Shown in pieces: positions 1-9,875 of a stretch of DNA of 32,000 bases. The DNA is from Candidatus Helarchaeota ASGARD archaeon Hel_GB_B. Lineage in GTDB: Archaea; Asgardarchaeota; Lokiarchaeia; Helarchaeales; HEL-GB-B. Numbering within the stretch: position 1 is the stretch's first letter; each line of letters begins with the position of its first letter. The notes below the pieces were generated by a model. That model saw only the letters and a program-made list of their open reading frames with translations. It made no database searches and was not told the origin of the DNA. Location of the stretch: positions 37,566 through 69,565 of the forward strand of contig SUPR01000002.1 in NCBI GenBank assembly GCA_005191425.1. Direction: 5' to 3'. A program made the position numbers and the translations under genes.

Positions 1-1800
1 GATAAAACTTTCCCAACAATGGACTGCGCCATTTGTATATTAGCTCCCCTTATGAGTGAAGTCTCTACAAACCCAAGAATTGAAGTCCTCGATTATTCTG
101 AAGTTGTCGAGGTAAAAGGTCAAGTGGGTAATTTTGAAGTTACTGTTGAAAAAAAGCCTAGATTTATCGACCCGACCAAATGTATATCTGGTTGTATAGA
201 AGACTGTAGTTCTAATTGTCCTATAGAAATTCCTAATGTCTTTAATAGATTTGGTACAAACAAGGCTATTTATATTTCATTTCCGCAAGCAGTACCATTA
301 ATGGCAGCTATTGATAACAATTATTGTATTGGTTGTAGGAGCTGTCAGACATTTTGTAAAAGAGAAGCTATTAATTTTTATCAAGAACCCGAGCAAATTA
401 AAATAAAAGTGGGAGTAATTATTGCTGCCATTGGGTTTGAGCCATACGACCCAACTCCACTCGAAGAATATGGATATTCAAGGTACAAAAATGTTATCAC
501 TTCTATTGAATTAGAGCGAATCCTATCACCTTTTGGCCCAACTAAAGGTAAATTATTGAGGCCTTCGGATGGGAAACCTATTAAGAGAGTTGCATTTATA
601 CAGTGTGTAGGAAGCAGAAATGAACAAATTGGACGATTACATTGTTCTGGCGTGTGTTGTATGTCTACTATTAAAGAATCTATTCAAATAAAAACAAGAA
701 TTCCTGATGCAAATATATCTGTTTTTTATATTGATATCCGGACATATGGAAAAGGTTTTGAAGAATTTTACGAAAATTCACAAGTCAAATATAATATAAA
801 TTATATAAGAGGTAGAGTTGCTGAAATTTACGAAGACCCAACCACTCAAAATTTAATCCTTAGAGCAGAAGACACAAATTTATGCTCTTTAGTTGAGCTT
901 GAATTTGACTTGGTCGTCCTAGCTATTGGAATAGACCCTCCAAAAGATATTGATAAATTGACTAACATACTAAATATTTCAAAATCATCAGATGGTTTTT
1001 TTCAAGCAAGACACCCAAAACTAAGGCCGGAAGAGTCGACTCTTCAAGGTGTATATTTAGCAGGATGTGCACATGGACCTAAAAATATTCATGAAACTGT
1101 TATTCATGCAAAAGCAGCGGCGGTTGAATCTGCGTCCATTATTCAAAAAGGAGAAATAATGATCGATCCAATTGCCTCTAAAATTGACTATGAAAAATGT
1201 ATTAATTGTAAATTATGCATGAAAGTCTGTGATTCTAAAGCTATTCGGGAAATAGATAAGAAAATTGTTATTAATGAAGCCAATTGCCTTGGTTGTGGTG
1301 CATGTGCAGCTGCATGTCCAACTGGTGCATTAAACATCCCCAATTTTACTAATGAACAAATAATATCCCAAATTTCTGCATTAAAAAAGAGTGATTATCC
1401 CTATATTGTAGGTTTTTTCTGCAACTGGTGTGCCTATAATGCAGCCGATTTAGCAGGGGTTATGAGAGTAGAATATCCACCAAACCTTAGAATTGTTCGC
1501 GTGATGTGCGCCAGTATGGTAAGTCCTAAATATATAATTGAAGCATTTCAGAATGGTGCAGACGGTGTTTTGGTCGTTGGTTGTTATGAAAATGATTGTC
1601 ATTATCGTACTGGATTTACAAAAGCATTACATCGAATAAAAATTATGAAAGAAATGTTGAACCAATTTGGTATTAATAATAAAAGACTAAAGATCGACAG
1701 TGCCAGCGCAAGTGAAGGAATAAAAATTAAGGAGATAGTAGAGAATTTTATTAATGAAATAAAAGATTTAGGGCCGATAGGCACTGAAATTATAAAATGA
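1..1800 (+). CDS. hdrA: Heterodisulfide reductase subunit A-like flavoprotein fused to C-terminal MvhD ([2Fe-2S]) domain; 5'-truncated by window edge
   Basis: Frame is open from base 1 and reads DKTFPTMDCAICIL, an internal HdrA motif, so the listed Met19 is not the true start. It has FIQCVGSR...CSGVCC, AGCAHGPK and ferredoxin motifs (CINCKLCMKVC, CLGCGACAAACP), then MvhD motifs FFCNWCAY, RVMC and GADGVLVVGCYENDCHY. Confidence 0.93.
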   Translation, partial: DKTFPTMDCAICILAPLMSEVSTNPRIEVLDYSEVVEVKGQVGNFEVTVEKKPRFIDPTKCISGCIEDCSSNCPIEIPNVFNRFGTNKAIYISFPQAVPLMAAIDNNYCIGCRSCQTFCKREAINFYQEPEQIKIKVGVIIAAIGFEPYDPTPLEEYGYSRYKNVITSIELERILSPFGPTKGKLLRPSDGKPIKRVAFIQCVGSRNEQIGRLHCSGVCCMSTIKESIQIKTRIPDANISVFYIDIRTYGKGFEEFYENSQVKYNINYIRGRVAEIYEDPTTQNLILRAEDTNLCSLVELEFDLVVLAIGIDPPKDIDKLTNILNISKSSDGFFQARHPKLRPEESTLQGVYLAGCAHGPKNIHETVIHAKAAAVESASIIQKGEIMIDPIASKIDYEKCINCKLCMKVCDSKAIREIDKKIVINEANCLGCGACAAACPTGALNIPNFTNEQIISQISALKKSDYPYIVGFFCNWCAYNAADLAGVMRVEYPPNLRIVRVMCASMVSPKYIIEAFQNGADGVLVVGCYENDCHYRTGFTKALHRIKIMKEMLNQFGINNKRLKIDSASASEGIKIKEIVENFINEIKDLGPIGTEIIK

Positions 1801-1810
1801 GGTATTAAAA

Positions 1811-3151
1811 ATGGCTGAACCAGAAATAACTGAAGAAACAATTTCCAAAAGTATGGAAGTTACAGATAAAATGGAATTCATCTATAAATATAAAACTGAA
1901 GGACTTGAAAAAACATTAAAATATATACCAAATTTATGTACTGGATGCGGAATTTGTGTGGATATATGTCCTGTTGAAGCAATTGAATTAGGGCCTATAA
2001 CTGAAATAGCGACTGGTGAAATTGATGCTCCTTATATTCTAATTGACCAAAATAAATGTGAATATTGTGGAATTTGTACTCTCTGCCCATTAAATGCAAT
2101 AGAATTTTCTTTTGACGAATTAAATATTAAAGACAGTGACGATTACCCAAAATTTGCGAGGTCTCACTTTCTTGATGAAGATAAATGTGTTAAATGTTTT
2201 TTATGCGAAGAAACTTGTCCACGAGAGGCAATCGAAGCGCAAATTACTGTAAAGAAAAAAGATGAACTTGTAATATATCCAGAAGGTGTATCTTTTAAAG
2301 ATTTGAAAATAGAAGGGGATATTAAAATTGACTATGAAAAATGTACATATTGCAAATTGTGTGATAAATTATGTGATGCTTTAGAAATTGTTCCTGGAAA
2401 CCAATCACCATTAAATATCTACGCTGGAAAACGAATTGAAATTTATTTAAGTGAATGCGACTATTGCGGATTATGTGAAAAAATTTGTCCGGTAGATGCA
2501 ATAAAAGTAAATTGCAATACACAAGTTGAACGAGAAATAAAAGATATTTCAGTTGAAGGTAAAATTATAGTCGATGAAGAAAAATGTATTTATTGTAATT
2601 GGTGTGGAAATGTCTGTTTTGTAGATGCAATAAAAGTCGAAAAAGAATTTGAGGGAGAAATTACTTTACAGCGACTAGAATTTTGTGACCCATTAGGGTG
2701 TCAGGCATGTATCAAAATTTGCCCAACAAAATCTTGGTATATACCTCAAGAAAAATCCGAAAAGATAGCGGTAGATGAAAAATTCTGTATTTATTGTGGT
2801 TCATGTGAATTGGCATGCCCTGAAAATTGTATAATCGTGGACAGAAATGTTGTAAAATACAAAGAATTTAATCAGAATACACCTTGGGCTAATTCTTGGC
2901 TTAAAGCATTAAAAATAATCGAAGAATCAAAAAAAGTTGAGATGGAATTAAAGTCAATCCCTATTGAACAAAAAGAAGAGGTTAAAAAGACCACAAAAAA
3001 GATTGAAAAAATACCTCAAGTAGCACCAGAAATCTGGGAAAAATTCCAGGCGAAATTAAATAATTTAAATGAAATTTTAGGTAAAGCCCCTGTGAGATAT
3101 TATATGGAAGGTAAAAAAGAAAAAAAGCCCAAAATTTTGACCCAGAATTAA
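1811..3151 (+). CDS. Polyferredoxin with eight [4Fe-4S]-type motifs (FwdF/MvhB-like)
   Basis: Eight CxxCxxCxxxC-like motifs (CTGCGICVDICP through CIYCGSCELACP). GAGGT SD overlaps the hdrA stop codon. Confidence 0.88.
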   Translation: MAEPEITEETISKSMEVTDKMEFIYKYKTEGLEKTLKYIPNLCTGCGICVDICPVEAIELGPITEIATGEIDAPYILIDQNKCEYCGICTLCPLNAIEFSFDELNIKDSDDYPKFARSHFLDEDKCVKCFLCEETCPREAIEAQITVKKKDELVIYPEGVSFKDLKIEGDIKIDYEKCTYCKLCDKLCDALEIVPGNQSPLNIYAGKRIEIYLSECDYCGLCEKICPVDAIKVNCNTQVEREIKDISVEGKIIVDEEKCIYCNWCGNVCFVDAIKVEKEFEGEITLQRLEFCDPLGCQACIKICPTKSWYIPQEKSEKIAVDEKFCIYCGSCELACPENCIIVDRNVVKYKEFNQNTPWANSWLKALKIIEESKKVEMELKSIPIEQKEEVKKTTKKIEKIPQVAPEIWEKFQAKLNNLNEILGKAPVRYYMEGKKEKKPKILTQN

Positions 3152-3165
3152 TTTGTTGATCTCTT

Positions 3166-3684
3166 ATGGCAAATGATGGTGAATATTGTTTTAACCACTG
3201 CAATGGATATTGTTGTACAAAATACACCGTATTAATCACTACTGAAGATATTAAAAGAATATTGGAAAATACACCCTTAAAACCCACACAATTTTTAACA
3301 TTATATTATGTAAACGAAGAAATTTTAAAGTTATTCCCTAAAATTACCTTGGCATCTGAAGATATTGTATTGGGCTTACGGCAAAGACCAGATGGGTCTT
3401 GTATTTTTTATTTAAAAGAGCTGGGTTTATGTGGAATTCACCTCTATAAACCAATGGTCTGTCGAACATATCCATTTACATTGAATGATAAGGGTCAATT
3501 AATAAGACTTGAAAATATTTGCCCTGGAGAATGGTACCCAAAAAATATTGAGGACTTAAAAGACCAAATTCGGCAAGCATGGTATGAAATGGAAATAAAT
3601 AAAAAGAAAATAGAAATGTGGAATAAAAAAAATTCTGACCTAGGTTTTAATGATCTAATTAAATTTATTTTAAAAGATATCTGA
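3166..3684 (+). CDS. YkgJ/UPF0153 family cysteine-cluster (Zn/Fe-chelating) protein
   Basis: CFNHCNGYCC, DGSCIFY, CGIHLYKPMVCRTYPF and a terminal CPG pattern. Confidence 0.85.
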   Translation: MANDGEYCFNHCNGYCCTKYTVLITTEDIKRILENTPLKPTQFLTLYYVNEEILKLFPKITLASEDIVLGLRQRPDGSCIFYLKELGLCGIHLYKPMVCRTYPFTLNDKGQLIRLENICPGEWYPKNIEDLKDQIRQAWYEMEINKKKIEMWNKKNSDLGFNDLIKFILKDI

Positions 3685-3733
3685 AAAAAATTAGTATACA
3701 CAATTGTATAAATATTTTAATCTTTAAGATTTG

Positions 3734-3988
3734 TTATACTAATAATTCTCGTTTATATTTTTCAGTTAATTCAATTCTGTTTTTATTTTTTACAATTCTA
3801 CTTACATAAATTATTCCTAGAATTTCTAATTTAAAAAGAATTTGTTGTAGATCTTTCATTGTCATAAATTTATATTCATTTTTTAGTAAATTCAATAATT
3901 CTTGGTCTGTTATAACTCCTTTATTTTTTAATAAAGCAAAAATTATCGAATCTTTGATTGGTGTTGGGTTCCATAATCCATTATTCAT
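3734..3988 (-). CDS. Small winged-helix protein downstream of cdc48
   Basis: 84 aa with a wHTH-like pattern (ITDQELLNLL...LQQILFKLEILGIIYV...RIEL). GGAGG SD upstream of the ATG. Confidence 0.7.
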   Translation of the reverse strand: MNNGLWNPTPIKDSIIFALLKNKGVITDQELLNLLKNEYKFMTMKDLQQILFKLEILGIIYVSRIVKNKNRIELTEKYKRELLV

Positions 3989-4024
3989 AATTGGGCCTCC
4001 TTTTAATGTTTATATTTGAATAAA

Positions 4025-6211
4025 TTATGTATATGGCATGTGTTTTTGAGGTCCGACTATCTGTCTAAACTGACTTTCCATATTGTCATAAAACCTCTTC
4101 ATTTCTGGAGTAATAGTCGGGTGTATTTTTTTCATTGCCTTTTTAAAATGTTTTAATGAAACTTTTTTAGCTTTTATGTCCTCTCTTAATGCAATTAGCC
4201 CAGCCTCATCACAGCAACCTTCGATATCACTTCCTGCAAACCCTTCCATTTCATGGGCTAAATCTTCAAGATTTACATCGTCATCAAGTGGCATTTCTTT
4301 TGTATATATTTTTAGTATTTCTAATCTTGCTTTTTCATCAGGTGCATCGACTTTAATTAATCTATCAATTCTTCCAGGTCTAATTAATGCTGGATCTATA
4401 ATGTCCAATCTATTAGTTGCTGCAACAATAACTACATCTCTTGATAAAGTTTCTAATCCATCTAATTCAGTTAAAAGTTGAGAAATTACTCTGGTCGTGA
4501 CATTTGAATCTCCAAACATCATTCCGCGTTTAGGCGTAATTGCATCAATTTCATCAAAAAATATTATTGCAGGTGATGCCATTCTAGCTTTTCTAAAAAT
4601 TTCTCGAATAGCTTTTTCTGACTCTCCTACCCATTTACTTAATACTTCTGGGCCTTTAACACTAATAAAATTAGCTTCACTTTCGCTTGCTATTGCGCGG
4701 GCAAGTAACGTTTTTCCACACCCTGGTGGGCCAAATAGAAGTATTCCGCGAGGCGGTTTAATACCCATTCTCCCAAATACTTCAGGTTGTTGTAAGGGCC
4801 ATTGGACTGCTTCGATTAATTCTTGTTTAACCTCTTCAAGTCCTCCTATATCTCTCCAATGAACATTTGGGACTTCAATTAAAACTTCTCGAATTGCGGA
4901 TGGTGCAATTTCTTTTAGAGCACTTCTAAAATCTTCCATATTTACAAAAATTTTTTCTAAAATATCTGGAGGTATTTCCTCCTCATCAAGGTCTATTTCA
5001 GGTAAAAACCGTCGGAGCGCTTTCATAGCTGCTTCTCTACATAATGACATTAAATCTGCGCCAACAAAACCATGAGTCAGGTCAGCCATTTCGTTTAAAT
5101 CGACATCTTCTCTTAAAGGCATACCTCTAGTATGAATTTGTAATATTTCTAATCTACCATTTCTGTCTGGAACTCCAATTTCTATTTCTCTATCAAACCG
5201 TCCGGGCCGTCTTAAAGCTGGGTCAAGAGCATTTGGTCTATTTGTAGCTCCAATAACGACAACTTTACCTCTGGTACGTAGCCCGTCCATTAGCGCCAAC
5301 AACTGAGCGACGACTCGTCTCTCGACTTCTCCTGTCACTTCTTCACGCTTAGGGGCTATAGCATCAAGTTCGTCAACAAAAATTATACTAGGCGCATTTT
5401 TTTCAGCCTCATCAAATATACTTCTCAATCGTTTTTCAGACTCACCATAAAATTTACTCATTATTTCGGGCCCATTAATGGGAATAAAATGAGCTTCTGA
5501 TTCATTTGCAACAGCTCTTACGAGTAAGGTTTTACCACAGCCTGGCGGGCCACGGAGTAAAACTCCTTTTGGTGGATCTATACCTAATCTCTTAAATAAT
5601 TCTGGATGTTTGAGCGGCAATTCGACCATTTCACGAATTCTCTGAATTTTATCGTCTAACCCGCCAATATCCTCATATGTAATAATTGGTATTCCTGTAG
5701 TCATTTCATCCATAGGTCGATCACTTACATGTAAGATAGTTGTGTTTTTTACAACTACAATTCCTCTAGGCCTAGTTGATACAATCTGAAATGGTACTTC
5801 ACGGCTAATACCAATTGAAATTAAAATAGTATCTCCTTTTGTAAGTGGATAATTAAGTAATTTACGTTTAACAAAGCTTTCGACATAAGGATCAGCTCTA
5901 ATTCTCACAGAAGTTGGGGCAAGGATCACGGATCTAGCAGTTTTTTCATTGGCTTTTTCTATTATTATTTTTTCCCCCAAACTGACACCTGCATTTTTTC
6001 TCAATCGCCCGTCCATCCTTATTATTCCTCTTCCTTTATCTTCAGGAAATGCTGGCCATGATATCGCAGCTGTTGTTCTTTTACCTGTTATTGCTACAAT
6101 ATCACCTGTCCTTATATTTAATTGCTTCATTGTATCTCCATCAATCCTAACAATTGATCTTCCAACATCTCTCTGTTTAGCTTCTGCTACTCGAAGTTCA
6201 AATTTCTCCAT
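4025..6211 (-). CDS. cdc48: CDC48/VAT/p97 AAA+ ATPase
   Basis: N-domain ([20 protein letters not shown]) plus two AAA modules with GPPGCGKT, Walker B FVDELD/FFDEID and [18 protein letters not shown] at 6211 preferred over TTG at 6223. Confidence 0.97.
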   Translation of the reverse strand: MEKFELRVAEAKQRDVGRSIVRIDGDTMKQLNIRTGDIVAITGKRTTAAISWPAFPEDKGRGIIRMDGRLRKNAGVSLGEKIIIEKANEKTARSVILAPTSVRIRADPYVESFVKRKLLNYPLTKGDTILISIGISREVPFQIVSTRPRGIVVVKNTTILHVSDRPMDEMTTGIPIITYEDIGGLDDKIQRIREMVELPLKHPELFKRLGIDPPKGVLLRGPPGCGKTLLVRAVANESEAHFIPINGPEIMSKFYGESEKRLRSIFDEAEKNAPSIIFVDELDAIAPKREEVTGEVERRVVAQLLALMDGLRTRGKVVVIGATNRPNALDPALRRPGRFDREIEIGVPDRNGRLEILQIHTRGMPLREDVDLNEMADLTHGFVGADLMSLCREAAMKALRRFLPEIDLDEEEIPPDILEKIFVNMEDFRSALKEIAPSAIREVLIEVPNVHWRDIGGLEEVKQELIEAVQWPLQQPEVFGRMGIKPPRGILLFGPPGCGKTLLARAIASESEANFISVKGPEVLSKWVGESEKAIREIFRKARMASPAIIFFDEIDAITPKRGMMFGDSNVTTRVISQLLTELDGLETLSRDVVIVAATNRLDIIDPALIRPGRIDRLIKVDAPDEKARLEILKIYTKEMPLDDDVNLEDLAHEMEGFAGSDIEGCCDEAGLIALREDIKAKKVSLKHFKKAMKKIHPTITPEMKRFYDNMESQFRQIVGPQKHMPYT

Positions 6212-6296
6212 TTTTATTCCCAATATTGTTATTAATATTTAAATTTTTAATTAATTTAAAAAATTGGCTCTTTTTTATTGAAATTAAGGAGTTCAT

Positions 6297-6617
6297 TTAA
6301 ATTTTATTAGTCCTAAACCTAATATTATTATCTTTTTCAATTTCATGTATAATTGGTTCTAACTCATCAGATGGAAAATTTTTATCACATCTCACTAAAT
6401 CTTCTTTAATTAATTCAATTAAATTTCTTATATTTACCACATCAAATTTTACATCTGTAATAATAAGACTAACTATATGCCCATTTTTATCAAGGTGGAC
6501 TTCCACGTTATGTTCGTTTCTGTCCTCAATTTTTGAAAATAACATTTTAGTTATAGGATTATCATTTAAAATTATATGCAAAATTTCTCCGCGGATGATA
6601 ATATTCATTTTTTTCAT
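6297..6617 (-). CDS. Hypothetical protein, possible DUF2283-like domain
   Basis: AAGGAG SD upstream. The segment VEVHLDKNGHIVSLII resembles the DUF2283 'xxDxDxxGxIVGIEI' signature. Confidence 0.55.
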   Translation of the reverse strand: MKKMNIIIRGEILHIILNDNPITKMLFSKIEDRNEHNVEVHLDKNGHIVSLIITDVKFDVVNIRNLIELIKEDLVRCDKNFPSDELEPIIHEIEKDNNIRFRTNKI

Positions 6618-6773
6618 TGGACTCCTTAACCATCATTTGTCTTAAATAAATTCAAGTATAATTATGTTTTATATTATAAAAATCTAAACATTTTATAAAT
6701 ATTATATTTGTTTAGATTATTGGTAATAATTCGTATATAAAAAGTTTATAGAAAAAGTGAGAAAGACATAAAA

Positions 6774-8000
6774 TTGAATAAAAATTCATGTGATATTATT
6801 ATAATTGGAGCTGGACCTTCAGGTTGTATAGCTGCTAGAGAAATTAAAAAGTATAACAAAAAAATAAGTGTCCTAATATTAGAGGAACATTCTAATATAG
6901 GAGAGCCAATGCAGTGTGCCGGTCTAATAAGTATTGATGGCTTCAAAAAATTAGGTATTAACCCCCCAAAAGAATGTATTTTAAATATTATTTATGGTGC
7001 ACGGTTCTATTCTCCAAGTAATAAGTCTTTTAGTATTAAAGTAGATAAACCAATGGCTTATGTTATCGATAGAAGAATTTTTGACAAATATTTAGCAGAA
7101 CAGGCTATTAAAAGTGGTGTTAAGCTAAAATTGGGCCATAAGGTGTCAAAAATAATTGTCCCGCATGAAAATGAATATGTAAAAATTCATGGAACAAAAA
7201 ACAACGAAAAATTTGAAATATCGTCAAAAATTGTCCTCGATGCCGAAGGAATAAAAGGTAATATTCTTCGTCAATGTGGGTTTCAACCACCTTCTAAAAT
7301 AATTCCAGCCATTCAAATTGAGATGGAAAATATCAAAATTAATGATAAGGAAATAGTAGAATTGTATTTTGGCCGAAACATTTCTCCAGGGTTCTTTGCT
7401 TATCTTATACCTACATCTAAAAATTCTGCTCGTATTGAAGCGGCATCAAATAATGGAAATCCATATAATTATCTTGTAAAATTTTTAAAAACACACCGCG
7501 GGATAAATGAGCGCATTAAAAACGCAAATATAGTCGAAGTAATTGGCGGTGGAATAATAACTAGTGGACCAGTTAAAAAAACACATTCTAATAACATGAT
7601 GTTAATTGGTGATTCTGCTGGTCATGTAAAAGCAACTACCGGTGGCGGAGTTATAATGGGTGGATTATGCTCAAAAATAGCAGCTAAAATTGCAGCCCAG
7701 TCCATATTGCAAGACAATTTTTCTTCTAAAATGATGCATCAATATGAAAAATTATGGCGGAAAAAATATGGAAACGAATTTTTTACTATGAACATGGTCA
7801 GAACGTTAATTGATTCAATACCTGACCCAATTATTGATGAACTTTTTGATACTATTGATAAATATAAAATAACCAAAATCATCGAATCCTATGGTGATAT
7901 GGATTTCCAATCAGAGGTAATTAAAAGAGTAATATTTTCAAAAAAAATGCCTCTTCTTCTTGTTTCATTAATTTTTGGTCTGTTTAAACACATTTTTTAG
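6774..8000 (+). CDS. Geranylgeranyl reductase family flavoprotein (DGGGPL reductase-like)
   Basis: IIIIGAGPSG FAD motif, QCAGLIS, DRRIFDKYLA, DAEG and GDSAGHVKATTGGG. TTG start. Confidence 0.9.
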   Translation: MNKNSCDIIIIGAGPSGCIAAREIKKYNKKISVLILEEHSNIGEPMQCAGLISIDGFKKLGINPPKECILNIIYGARFYSPSNKSFSIKVDKPMAYVIDRRIFDKYLAEQAIKSGVKLKLGHKVSKIIVPHENEYVKIHGTKNNEKFEISSKIVLDAEGIKGNILRQCGFQPPSKIIPAIQIEMENIKINDKEIVELYFGRNISPGFFAYLIPTSKNSARIEAASNNGNPYNYLVKFLKTHRGINERIKNANIVEVIGGGIITSGPVKKTHSNNMMLIGDSAGHVKATTGGGVIMGGLCSKIAAKIAAQSILQDNFSSKMMHQYEKLWRKKYGNEFFTMNMVRTLIDSIPDPIIDELFDTIDKYKITKIIESYGDMDFQSEVIKRVIFSKKMPLLLVSLIFGLFKHIF

Positions 8001-8071
8001 CATCTATAAAAACATTAAAATTTATAAATTATAATGTGATTTATCAAAACAAAAATTGAGGTATTAATGTA

Positions 8072-8257
8072 ATGGCTGAATCAGAACTAATCAAAACACC
8101 TATTTGCACTTGTTGTAATAGAATAATAAGCCCTAATGAAGATGCTATTAAATTTGTGTGCCCAGAATGTGGCGATATAATAATCTGGCGTTGTGAAATG
8201 TGTAGAAAATTTTCCAGACCATATAGATGCGCAAAATGTGATTTTATAGGGCCTTAA
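8072..8257 (+). CDS. Zinc-finger protein (DUF1610/HVO_2753 family), conserved upstream of aEF1beta
   Basis: CTCC, FVCPECG, IWRCEMCRK and YRCAKCDFIGP motifs. GAGGT SD. Classic archaeal linkage to EF1beta. Confidence 0.9.
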   Translation: MAESELIKTPICTCCNRIISPNEDAIKFVCPECGDIIIWRCEMCRKFSRPYRCAKCDFIGP

Positions 8258-8301
8258 ATCTTGTTTTAAAATTAAATACAAATTTGTAGGTGGATCTTTA
8301 G

Positions 8302-8574
8302 ATGAGTAAAAAAGTAATGGTACAATTAAAAGTCCTTCCCGAAGATATAGACACTGATTTAGAGGAATTATTGAAAAAGATTGGGACAATCCTTCCCGAA
8401 GATATTGGTATCTACAAATATGATATTCAACCAGTTGCATTTGGGCTAAAAGTCCTAAAACTTACTGTATTTATGCCAGAGAATAAAGAGGGTGGACCTG
8501 ACTCTGCAGTAGAATTAATTGAAAAATTAGAGGACGTCCAGAGAGTAGAAATAGGACTTGTAAGCTTAATTTAA
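8302..8574 (+). CDS. ef1b: Translation elongation factor aEF-1beta
   Basis: VMVQLKVLPEDIDTDLEEL, QPVAFGLKVL and EDVQRVEI match archaeal EF1beta. Confidence 0.93.
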   Translation: MSKKVMVQLKVLPEDIDTDLEELLKKIGTILPEDIGIYKYDIQPVAFGLKVLKLTVFMPENKEGGPDSAVELIEKLEDVQRVEIGLVSLI

Positions 8575-8603
8575 CCTATGTATTTATTTTAATAATTTGA
8601 AAA

Positions 8604-9860
8604 TTAAATTATATTTTTAATAAAAGTTATCTCTCTTCTATCTAATTCATAAAATTTTTTTAAATATTCGCTTTGGGGAGATCTCTTCTTAAGAATTAAG
8701 GCAATAAATGGAAGATGTTTTGTGATAATTTCCTCAGGACTACTCTTTAACTTCTTTCTAATTTTATTTACAATGTTCATTAATTCCCCTGATCTTGATG
8801 CATACATTTTATTTAAGAAATTACTGGGCGAATACCTAAAATATTGAACAAAATGGGACTTATTCTCGTTTTTAATTGGTAGTGAAACGCCTGAAGAAAT
8901 TATATCTATAAAATATGGTAGCATTGACCATGATATTTTCTCTGGATTGCTTGCAATTGCGTTATAAATTAAATCAGCTTTTGATAATGCTTTATATGAC
9001 TTAAATAGCGTTCGCGAGGAAACTTTATGATATGGGAGAATTTCATTTACCCAATGTAAAAGTAGTCCCCAATCAATGTCTAGCATTGAAACTGCTCTAT
9101 TACATGTTTGAATATCTTTATTTTTAAATATTATATTTAAAACTTCAAATATATTTTTCTCAGTATCTCTTACTTGCTGAATCTTTCTTACATCTGACAA
9201 TGTTAATTTTTTCTTACCTTCACAAACTGCTTGGAGGTCATTTATTGCAGACCGCAAATCATTATTTACATTAATTGCAATTTCAGTAAGCGCTTTTGGA
9301 TCGGCTTGTATTTTTTCGGCAATGCAAATTTTCTGAAGTACCTTTACTATAGTTGGATTTTTTATTTTTTGAAATTTTACGATTTTTATCCCGCTTCTTT
9401 TATCTCTTAATGACCTGAACTTTTTGTCATGTACATTGTTAGCTGTAAAAATAATTGGAAATTTCGATAATTTAACCATCTTTAACATGGCTGATAATCC
9501 CCCCCTATCTTGATTCCCACTTAATCCATCAACCTCATCTATTAAATATAATTTATTTACTCCCTTTTTAATAGTCCGTGTAGCCAGACTTGGAATAAGT
9601 TTTTCTTCAATGCTTTTTTTATTTCTAACATCACTAGCATTTATTTCAATAACATCAAACCTATTAAGCTTAGCTAATACATTAGTAGATGAGGTCTTTC
9701 CACATCCCGGAGGTCCTAATAATAATAGTGCTTTAATTTCGTTTTTACTTGACCATTTTGTTAAAAATTCTTTTATAACCTTAACAGCATTAGGATTTCC
9801 TACTATATCTGATTCTTTTTTGGGTGCATATTTTATTGTCCATAATTCCTTTTCAAGCAT
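8604..9860 (-). CDS. rfcL: Replication factor C large subunit
   Basis: [39 protein letters not shown] and DLRSAINDLQ. Confidence 0.93.
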   Translation of the reverse strand: MLEKELWTIKYAPKKESDIVGNPNAVKVIKEFLTKWSSKNEIKALLLLGPPGCGKTSSTNVLAKLNRFDVIEINASDVRNKKSIEEKLIPSLATRTIKKGVNKLYLIDEVDGLSGNQDRGGLSAMLKMVKLSKFPIIFTANNVHDKKFRSLRDKRSGIKIVKFQKIKNPTIVKVLQKICIAEKIQADPKALTEIAINVNNDLRSAINDLQAVCEGKKKLTLSDVRKIQQVRDTEKNIFEVLNIIFKNKDIQTCNRAVSMLDIDWGLLLHWVNEILPYHKVSSRTLFKSYKALSKADLIYNAIASNPEKISWSMLPYFIDIISSGVSLPIKNENKSHFVQYFRYSPSNFLNKMYASRSGELMNIVNKIRKKLKSSPEEIITKHLPFIALILKKRSPQSEYLKKFYELDRREITFIKNII

Positions 9861-9875
9861 TATAATTATCGCCTT

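Noticed and set aside
4176-4862. Antisense ORFs over cdc48, and similar shadow ORFs (1602-1841, 2322-2522, 2982-3287, 3495-3701, 5949-6242, 6746-6946, 8087-8440, 9610-9879, 11506-11688, 12744-12965, 14030-14341, 19583-20029, 22776-22958, 23542-23763, 24181-24369, 24503-24706, 25874-26116, 26165-26347, 28354-28763, 29597-29809, 30272-30472, 31037-31252)
   Set aside because: They overlap well-supported genes on the opposite strand or in another frame and show no protein motifs.
6297-6617. DUF2283-like gene as part of a toxin-antitoxin module or mobile island
   Set aside because: No partner toxin gene, integrase or flanking repeats, and the family assignment itself is weak.
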